IMG/VR virus record: IMGVR_UViG_3300014205_006828
Coordinates: 64,001-128,000 of that record
Origin: a virus
Taxonomy: Duplodnaviria; Heunggongvirae; Uroviricota; Caudoviricetes
Length of the DNA: 64,000 nt
Reading direction: 5' to 3' (one strand)
Positions within the stretch are counted from its first letter, which is position 1. Each line of letters starts with the position of its first letter. Under the pieces are notes generated by a model. The model was not told where the DNA came from. It did not search any database and saw only the letters and a list, made by a program, of their open reading frames with translations. A program made the translations under genes and the position numbers. This document shows positions 56,667-64,000 of the stretch, piece after piece.

Positions 56667-59600
56667 TACAGATACATGATCTCGACCTGGTCAATTCTCA
56701 TCGTTTGAGTTCCAGAACCAGTTGGTCCTAGCCATCTTCCAAAAACCGGAGTTCCACCTGGAAGGCCTTGCTTCATCTTCACGACCATCTCCTTTACCAA
56801 TGGAGCTGGTGGCCGAGTACCAGCAAACCCTGTAATCAATGCGTCGGATCGATATATGAGAGTGACATCGGTGTAGAATGGGCCTCCCGGATCGGTGAAT
56901 GGATTCTTGCTATCCACCATATTTCCATTAAGTTCCAAAGAGACTTGAGGGAAAACATTGATTGGGTCTGAATCTTTCGGGAGAACATCCCACGGCCCAC
57001 TGAAGTAAACGTGTATCTCGACCGATAGTAAGTAAGCGCGATCTGGTATTACAGAAGAAAGCGGAAGAATCAAACCAATAGTACCGTCATTGGTCGACAG
57101 TCCACCACCATTCCATTCCCAAACCCAACCACGATCTTCAAAGAAACGAACCGATTTCAAGCCCTTGTTAATGCTGGTGGCAGGGCTTCCATACAACAAC
57201 CGTTCATTGTTTTCAGTGTTTGTAATAGCGGTACCAGCTCCAGGATCTAGATGGAACAGAGGAATTCCAGAAGCCATATTTGGAACCGTCTTTACCACTT
57301 GATTTACGTTCCAAGCCGCGAATTTCGAACCCCGACCATAAATTCCGTTGAAGTTGGCATTTGAAAGTTCTCCGTATCCATCAGGATCTGGAGAACCGGA
57401 CCAAGAAGCTAAATTGAAATGGCTAAAAGTATTGCCGTAAATTGCAGCGGTGGCATCTGAATAGATATAGCCAGCAATTCCCACACCATCTTGCTTGCTG
57501 ATGGTATTGCCTACGATTGTACTGGATTCACCTCCATAACTCCAAATACCCCAACCGCCATTTCCAGAACCATTTGGGGTAGAATTTAAATCAACGCCAG
57601 CAATGTTGTTGATGATGTTTCCAGTAATAGACAAGCCAGGGCCTTGAGTATAGATGCCGTGTATGTAACCAGATGTCAAACCATCAAATCCGTCAATGGT
57701 ATTGTTTGCGATGGTTATATTTGCTGGATAGAGGCCATTGCTAAATACCACAAGCGCCCGACGTGCCTCCGATGCATCTGGAACAAATGCATCGTAAAGG
57801 ACATCATCCCATCGCTTGATTGTGTTACCAGTTACACTTGACTTCAATAAGTTTGCCCCAGCAGAAGCCTCTATCTTTAGGTAATAACAATCATTATCGC
57901 GTACAACAAAAGATACTGTATTTCCCGTTGAAAAATTCACGCCATATGCATATTTATTATCAAATGGGTTCATTGTGGCAGAAAACCCAGAGTATATTAG
58001 TTCGGCTTTATTATTATCAATCACGAATCTACCGGCTTCTGTAGACCCAATCCAGTTATCTACATTGAATCCGATTAGACCAAAGCGATTGTTTTTGATG
58101 ACAAAGTTCTCAATCAGAACCTTATTCATGGCCGTATATCCACTATATTCCACGGCGGGGGTTGCACGACCACCTATCAAAATTCCTTGACGTCCATTAA
58201 TCTTAGTATCAGATACCAAGATGTCTTGGAAATATGGAGATGACATAGAGACGTCTGGAGTATTGCTATTCACAAAAGCATAACACAACGCTCTATCAGC
58301 TTGCGTATCAGTGAAAGTATTATTCACAAATCTACCATTGTGGAACAGATTATAACTATTACCCGTAGCTGAATAAATGGCCACGAATGGTGCTCGCTGA
58401 GCTGATGTAGAATAGAACCGTGAGTTTTCAATTCCAAAATCAGAGATGGTAGCCGATAGTGGTATTCCATCAATTACAATACCACCCCAATTACCACCAG
58501 TACAAAACACATCATTAGCGTCTGCATACAAATGATGGACTGGTGTGTATGTAATATCCGCATCATCAATAGTCCAATTTCCGCTAGTGAAAGCTAGTCC
58601 CCGGGCTTCATAAATTACATATGAACCACCAATTAGTTTAACAGGACTGGTAAAGTTTAGTGTAAGGCCGTAATTAAGAATCACGTCCTTAACCTTAACT
58701 TCTTTAATGTGATACTCATTAACCCAGTTCATTAAGGCTTCTGGAGTTATAAAGTTGACATTACTAGGATTGCCGTCATCATAACCACTCTGAGAATTAG
58801 CATCAGAATACGCCCAACTATTAATCCCAAGATCTTGATTTACAACAAACCTTCTAGCATCAGATGGCGAAACAACTCCACCACTCACTGTAGCTTTGTA
58901 AATAATTGTAAGATCCTTTCTGTTATCTACAATTTCTTTGAACGTCAATGCCTCAATAAAGTTCAAAGGATTACTTCCGTTATCTTTACGTATCGATATC
59001 AACTGACCGGTGTCGGTAACACAAATAAAGTACTCTCCATTGGTAGTTGGAACACCAACACTTGTAGCATCCATAGGTACAAAAGAACCATTAACTAGAG
59101 CTAAACCACCTTTGAATGATAATCTGTAATTTTCTGTGCTTATGAATTTAAATCCTCTAATAATACCGTTAGCATGAAGATAACGCTCTCCAGATTCAAT
59201 GAATTTTATCGCTGAATCTCCTAAATTACTTTCGGATATGGTTCCAAAATCTCTAAGGTCAGTGATAGATTTGAAAACAAAACCATCATGACTTACACCA
59301 GCTACAGCAAAATATTCATCGTTATTTTTAAGTGTTGGGAATAATTCAATTGCAACAGTTCCCATTGGCATTGTAGTTGCATTTCCATACGTTTCCCTAA
59401 ATTCAATATCAATGAAATTTACACCTGATTTGTCGTAAACTCTGACTACATGATTTTTCTTCGCTTTAGCAGCTGGACCACTTGTAAACCCATCCAATGA
59501 TACCAGATAAAGATTAAATTCTCCAGTTGTAGCATTCCAACCCGCAATGCGTAGCTTAATGAAATTACGGAAATCGGTAACTCCAACACGCTCGCCTGTA

Positions 59601-61957
59601 AGCTTGGGAGATACTCTCCTAATTCTCCAAGACAATGAACCTATATTACCACTACCTGGTACAGGCCCACTATCGGTATGAGCCATTCTAGCGCGCTCAA
59701 CCGCCACTGATTTTCCAATATCATTTACAAAAACTTCATGATAATGATGATAATCAGTTGGATCTGATAATTCTGCCCCAACCATATTTCCAATATTAAA
59801 CATCACAGAATCATCTGAGAAGTATACACGAACACGCGATTGTAATGGAAGTGGGGCTTGAGCTGGATTTGCCGTACCATGAATGCTGTTCAACACAGTG
59901 ATATTGGTTTGGCCAGCACCAGTACACGAGAACGAAACACTATCAATGATGAATCGCCCATAATAATTAATTGTCGTATCTCCTGGTGTATCTGATTGAA
60001 CCACAATAGTCTTGCCAGGAGCTAAGTCTTCAGTTGCTAGATCAAATGGAATTGAATATGTAACAAAATTTGTATTATGAGGTATGTCTGCTGTAATGTT
60101 AGTAACAATAGCAGACCAATAACCATCGCCTTCTGTAAATCTTGGCGTAGCTAAAGAATCTCTTCTATTCCCATTTATAATTACATTACGACCACTTACT
60201 GGAGTAATGATGAGTGTGGAATAATTAGAAGCAGAAATTGTTGTTGGGTAAGGTTCGCTCACTCCCAAACGAGACATAACCGGAGTTGCGAAACCAGATC
60301 GGCTAAAGCCTAATCCTAACGCATCGTATTGATCAGTGGTATCTCCAATAATGTTATTGACATATGAACCTTGTTCAATATTTCCTGTAATGTAGTTAAT
60401 TTGACCAGAAATAATAGAGAATGAGGACCCATTATAATCATCTGCTAGCATAATGCCAAACTCACCTTTGTGAGCGAAAGCAATAAATCGGTAATTATAA
60501 CCTGACAATCTCAACATTTTATTGGTATTCTCCACCACAATATCAAGATTGTAATACCCTGGTGTAACCCCTTGATTTCCACTAACATCAATAGCTGGAA
60601 GATCATAGAACACATCTTTATTACCAGTCGGATACAGTCTAAGGTATAGATTGTAATGAAGAGCATTAATAACCCCAGGATCAAATCCAATACCTACTGC
60701 AGTAGCTCCTCTTGGGCTACCGAGAATAATGGTATCGAAAAATGATTGACTAGAATATATACTTGGTACAACACCAGCAGCTGCCAAAACACCACATGTG
60801 TTTATATCGAAATTTGGACGATCAATTCTGGCATAACCTTCGTATCCATCACCAGTATCAAACATATTGTTGGCGTTTACCCTCACTGACCAATCAGATC
60901 CTGACAAAAACCTAATAGACATGATTGGATATGAAGTCTCTATTCCATTTCCGTAGTTAAGACGAAGAATATCACCAACCCTAACATTAGTAAATAGAGA
61001 ATCAAATACAAAATTCGTATTGTCTGGTAAGAATTTAATGACATCATCACCATTATTGATATTGTCATGTGGAGCTATTTTACTAGGTTCTGCTAGATAG
61101 GCATGAATCTTAGTTGGAGGAACAACGTTTATAGTATATCCATCACGCTGTAAATTTTGAATACGAGCTGTTCTAGGAATACCATTGGCATTCATCGTAG
61201 ATCTATCCACACCTGAAGATAAAGTCTCCTGGTTATCCACAAATCCCAAGGCTTCTTGTACATTGGTCAAGTATGCCGGCAGTTGTGTGAAAGTAGATGT
61301 GTCTACAGAAATAGCTGTCGCTGGGTGAACAAGTGCGATAGTGGCATTTTCATGTCCTACCAATTCGTTGTTGATTTCAAGAAGTGCCTCAGCTACTTGA
61401 GTAGCTGGTCGTAGATTATGATCCGTATCACGTAAACCATCCCATGTATATGTATCGCGAGAATCTGTCGGAATGGCATTGATATCAATATGACTCGCAA
61501 CATGTCTTGCTGATGTTAGATTATCTAGCAGTAACAAACCACCAGAAATATGAGTCAAGAAATTGGCATTTTCCTCGGCCAGAAGGGCTTGAGCAATATC
61601 AACACTAGATTGCAGTGATACAACATTTGAGTGTAGCGAAGCCGTACTAAAATTCAAATCTAATTTTACTTCTTTGATTCCGGCATTGTTGGCAACTTGA
61701 TTATTTGTAATTGGTAGAGTCACTAACCCAATCGCTTGGAGCGCCTCCGCTTTTGGATTTCCATCTGGTCCAATAAGTACAGAGATGCGATCATTTACGC
61801 TTGATTTTGAACCTTGTGGATTCAATCCTAAAGTTTTCTCAATCGAAAAAACAGCCTCTCTCAATTGATTGATAGCGGACGAACCAAGCTCTGAGAGATT
61901 ATCATCAATCCTCACGATTGTCACATCATTATCTAATGAATTTGGATATCTTATCAT
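56663..61957 (-). CDS. Large tail spike/fibre with C-terminal parallel beta-helix (pectin-lyase-like), possible depolymerase or receptor-binding protein
   Basis: N-terminal YPNSLD...AINQLREAVFSIEKTLG virion-anchor motif; H.A..I motifs; repeated beta-helix rungs (FVIKNNRF, FVIDNNK, VTGNTI, ITIANNTI, SITGNII, TIVGNTI, IYGNTF). Confidence 0.68.
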   Translation of the reverse strand: MIRYPNSLDNDVTIVRIDDNLSELGSSAINQLREAVFSIEKTLGLNPQGSKSSVNDRISVLIGPDGNPKAEALQAIGLVTLPITNNQVANNAGIKEVKLDLNFSTASLHSNVVSLQSSVDIAQALLAEENANFLTHISGGLLLLDNLTSARHVASHIDINAIPTDSRDTYTWDGLRDTDHNLRPATQVAEALLEINNELVGHENATIALVHPATAISVDTSTFTQLPAYLTNVQEALGFVDNQETLSSGVDRSTMNANGIPRTARIQNLQRDGYTINVVPPTKIHAYLAEPSKIAPHDNINNGDDVIKFLPDNTNFVFDSLFTNVRVGDILRLNYGNGIETSYPIMSIRFLSGSDWSVRVNANNMFDTGDGYEGYARIDRPNFDINTCGVLAAAGVVPSIYSSQSFFDTIILGSPRGATAVGIGFDPGVINALHYNLYLRLYPTGNKDVFYDLPAIDVSGNQGVTPGYYNLDIVVENTNKMLRLSGYNYRFIAFAHKGEFGIMLADDYNGSSFSIISGQINYITGNIEQGSYVNNIIGDTTDQYDALGLGFSRSGFATPVMSRLGVSEPYPTTISASNYSTLIITPVSGRNVIINGNRRDSLATPRFTEGDGYWSAIVTNITADIPHNTNFVTYSIPFDLATEDLAPGKTIVVQSDTPGDTTINYYGRFIIDSVSFSCTGAGQTNITVLNSIHGTANPAQAPLPLQSRVRVYFSDDSVMFNIGNMVGAELSDPTDYHHYHEVFVNDIGKSVAVERARMAHTDSGPVPGSGNIGSLSWRIRRVSPKLTGERVGVTDFRNFIKLRIAGWNATTGEFNLYLVSLDGFTSGPAAKAKKNHVVRVYDKSGVNFIDIEFRETYGNATTMPMGTVAIELFPTLKNNDEYFAVAGVSHDGFVFKSITDLRDFGTISESNLGDSAIKFIESGERYLHANGIIRGFKFISTENYRLSFKGGLALVNGSFVPMDATSVGVPTTNGEYFICVTDTGQLISIRKDNGSNPLNFIEALTFKEIVDNRKDLTIIYKATVSGGVVSPSDARRFVVNQDLGINSWAYSDANSQSGYDDGNPSNVNFITPEALMNWVNEYHIKEVKVKDVILNYGLTLNFTSPVKLIGGSYVIYEARGLAFTSGNWTIDDADITYTPVHHLYADANDVFCTGGNWGGIVIDGIPLSATISDFGIENSRFYSTSAQRAPFVAIYSATGNSYNLFHNGRFVNNTFTDTQADRALCYAFVNSNTPDVSMSSPYFQDILVSDTKINGRQGILIGGRATPAVEYSGYTAMNKVLIENFVIKNNRFGLIGFNVDNWIGSTEAGRFVIDNNKAELIYSGFSATMNPFDNKYAYGVNFSTGNTVSFVVRDNDCYYLKIEASAGANLLKSSVTGNTIKRWDDVLYDAFVPDASEARRALVVFSNGLYPANITIANNTIDGFDGLTSGYIHGIYTQGPGLSITGNIINNIAGVDLNSTPNGSGNGGWGIWSYGGESSTIVGNTISKQDGVGIAGYIYSDATAAIYGNTFSHFNLASWSGSPDPDGYGELSNANFNGIYGRGSKFAAWNVNQVVKTVPNMASGIPLFHLDPGAGTAITNTENNERLLYGSPATSINKGLKSVRFFEDRGWVWEWNGGGLSTNDGTIGLILPLSSVIPDRAYLLSVEIHVYFSGPWDVLPKDSDPINVFPQVSLELNGNMVDSKNPFTDPGGPFYTDVTLIYRSDALITGFAGTRPPAPLVKEMVVKMKQGLPGGTPVFGRWLGPTGSGTQTMRIDQVEIMYLY

Positions 61958-61979
61958 ATAATTCTCACGTTGCCAAAGC

Positions 61980-63338
61980 TCAACTAGCTAGCGATGGGTG
62001 TGTTAATAGGAACTGAGCACCACTAGGAGTCCTGCAGTAAAGATTGTCACCATTAGCAAACACAAAAACTCCATTTATGGGGTAGGGTGTCCCTCCCGAC
62101 GATCCTGGCCCAAGACAGTTGGAGAAGAACGTTACATCCCCCAAATTTACACCACCACGACCACCATAGCACGTACCTTCAATATTAACCTGTCCAAGAC
62201 CAGAATTAATGTTTATGTAACCATCATCTCCTGGGGAATTATGAGGTCCAGCCAAAAACCCTATACCAGAATAAATGTTTAGATCTCCACCTTTCTGATA
62301 AGTTCCACATTGTGCAATGATTTCAAAATCAGTAGCTGTGTAGTCTGTCTCGTATTGACTAATAATCACACCATTGAGAGCTGGATCGAAATATACATGC
62401 CGGCTATCTATCGATATATATCCATTATTAGCATTTAAATGGAGCTGCCCAGAATGGTTATTATTTGGATTATGACCAGATTTCAACCAAAGATCTCCAG
62501 GGGTTCCAGTATTATTTACAGCCCCCCATGGAATTGATTGCGCAGTTATGTACATACTTGTAGCTATTGGCGTATCCCAATCTTCCTGCGTTAATACTGC
62601 AGGATAAGTTGAATCAAAACTCAAAGCCGAAGCTTGAACAGACACTACACCTGGATAGCTATAAAGATAAACACTTCCATGCTGGCCCAAACTATTTACA
62701 CCAGACTCCAGCCATAAGCTACTTGGTGTTGCGCTACTAGTTGTTCCTTGAGAGATTATGAAAAGATCATTTGGTGAGCCAGAAGAATCGTTTTGAGTTA
62801 TTAATGGATGTAATGATGCCGAGTTAAAGGCCAGACGAGAAGTCCACAAGCTAATCATTCCGTCATATTGTCCTGAACTAAAATTGTATCCTGCTCCTAA
62901 TATCAAATCACCACCACTGCCACCGCCAGAATTGCCTTGGCTCCAAATCTGTAAAGATTCAGCTTTTGTCGTAAGATTGGTGAATTGTTTTGAAATAATG
63001 CTACCGCCTGAACCGACTGGAAAGAATAAATCTCCCCAACTAGAATCTATGGCAGTTGGCGTACTCCTAAGAGCACGTCCAGAAGTTCCATCATAAACTG
63101 GTACGGTTCCGCTAGCAACTGGTGCTGAATTTCCAACCACAACAGATCCGAGCCCAATTATCATAGTACGAATATCGTCCAATGCCTGTTGCACATTACC
63201 TGAGTTAATCTCAGAAATTTTTGAGGCCCAATGAACCCAATCTCCACCCTCTACATGAGCGATGAAATCCTGCTTATGAGTGGCCGAATACCCAGCCTCT
63301 CGCGGGCGAGTAGATCCTATGTATCTAGTTCTTACCAT
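61980..63338 (-). CDS. Fibre-like virion protein with repeated (G)DL.I.SG beta motifs
   Basis: GNVQQALDDI coiled segment, VYDGTSGRAL, and repeats GDLILGAG, DLFIISQG, SLWLESG, GDLWLKSG, GDLNIYSG. Confidence 0.6.
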   Translation of the reverse strand: MVRTRYIGSTRPREAGYSATHKQDFIAHVEGGDWVHWASKISEINSGNVQQALDDIRTMIIGLGSVVVGNSAPVASGTVPVYDGTSGRALRSTPTAIDSSWGDLFFPVGSGGSIISKQFTNLTTKAESLQIWSQGNSGGGSGGDLILGAGYNFSSGQYDGMISLWTSRLAFNSASLHPLITQNDSSGSPNDLFIISQGTTSSATPSSLWLESGVNSLGQHGSVYLYSYPGVVSVQASALSFDSTYPAVLTQEDWDTPIATSMYITAQSIPWGAVNNTGTPGDLWLKSGHNPNNNHSGQLHLNANNGYISIDSRHVYFDPALNGVIISQYETDYTATDFEIIAQCGTYQKGGDLNIYSGIGFLAGPHNSPGDDGYININSGLGQVNIEGTCYGGRGGVNLGDVTFFSNCLGPGSSGGTPYPINGVFVFANGDNLYCRTPSGAQFLLTHPSLAS

Positions 63339-63380
63339 ATTCTAATGCCCCAATATTCGCTTTCCGTGTATAAATACTAA

Positions 63381-64000
63381 TTATGGAATGATTATATTGT
63401 GCGAATGACCTAAAACATTTCCAACAATATTATTGCTGTCCACTTGGTGATTATGCCCCTGATCTACACTGGTAAGTTGACTTAAACAAATCCCATTTAC
63501 TAGAGTTATACGATGCATATGGGCAAGAATACCACCTGGCCCAGGTACCATCCCAATCGAAGTGAGAATCTCTGACGGAAGAGTACTTGTATCTCGAATA
63601 GATCTAACTTGGCAAATAGGATCTGTCTTGCGCACACGCACTGCAGTGAACTTCTGGCGGCCGGATTCTTGAAGAGCTGTCCTATTTCTATCTACATCAA
63701 TAATCTCATAACGCCACTCTTCAGTCCCATCCTGATTAAACCGTATTATAAAATCTCCATCCTTGATTGTTGGTGTTACTAAAGTCCAGCAATTCGGTAT
63801 GCAGGAATTCTCGATACCAGGATCTTCGCGCTTGAGATCTTCTTTGGTTGGATCAAAACGAACCAAAATCTTACCATCACTTCGACGTGGATTGAAGTAT
63901 TGGTCATATCCTGTTACCAAAGAAGTTCCATATGTATCGATTCCGCGGTAGGTGGTATTTTCCCGTGTTGAACTGGTATGCTGCGATTGCTTTCCAGACC
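63381..64000 (-). CDS. Neck / head-closure-like protein; 5' end outside the window
   Basis: Frame is open from 63998 (SGKQSQHTSSTRENTTYRGIDTYGTSLVTGY...); PTIKDGDFIIRF...WRYEIIDV head-closure-like strand pattern; C-terminal HxH repeats. Confidence 0.6.
   Translation of the reverse strand, partial: SGKQSQHTSSTRENTTYRGIDTYGTSLVTGYDQYFNPRRSDGKILVRFDPTKEDLKREDPGIENSCIPNCWTLVTPTIKDGDFIIRFNQDGTEEWRYEIIDVDRNRTALQESGRQKFTAVRVRKTDPICQVRSIRDTSTLPSEILTSIGMVPGPGGILAHMHRITLVNGICLSQLTSVDQGHNHQVDSNNIVGNVLGHSHNIIIP

Noticed and set aside
63369-63376. T4-type late promoter TATAAATA
   Set aside because: A single intergenic occurrence, on the plus strand while the flanking genes are on the minus strand.
1-64000. 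Stop-codon reassignment as seen in some huge phages
   Set aside because: Standard-code ORFs tile the window densely, including 5-7 kb genes, and TAA, TAG and TGA all end genes.

Overview
This 64-kb window is a segment of a very large tailed-phage (jumbo myophage-like) genome. It uses the standard genetic code and almost all genes are on the minus strand. From the left end: (i) a replication/segregation block with DnaB (cut by the window edge), a DnaC/IstB-type loader, an SF2 helicase and a tubulin/FtsZ-family GTPase carrying a 469-aa LAGLIDADG intein in its first GTP-binding loop (1-7304); (ii) a ~15-kb glycosylation cluster with about ten glycosyltransferase or GT-like genes (GT2 x4, GT4, GT10, GT11, two GT9-like, one DxD protein), two FkbM methyltransferases, a perosamine-synthase-like PLP aminotransferase and a degenerate sugar dehydratase, interrupted by homing endonucleases (7319-22481); (iii) a contractile-tail module with enlarged wedge proteins, gp25-like subunit, spike, hub, tube initiator, tape measure, chaperone, tube, sheath, terminator, beta-helix spike, fibre and a neck protein cut by the right edge (22740-64000). 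Main leads: the glycosylation cluster lies co-oriented directly downstream of the virion genes; the virion proteins carry a strongly over-represented Asp-Gly-Tyr tripeptide (about 32 copies by hand count), a candidate acceptor sequon for phage-encoded virion glycosylation; a GATATAT motif recurs upstream of late genes; and two myxobacterial-style lipoproteins point to a Myxococcota host. All family calls come from motif recognition by eye. No database search was run.
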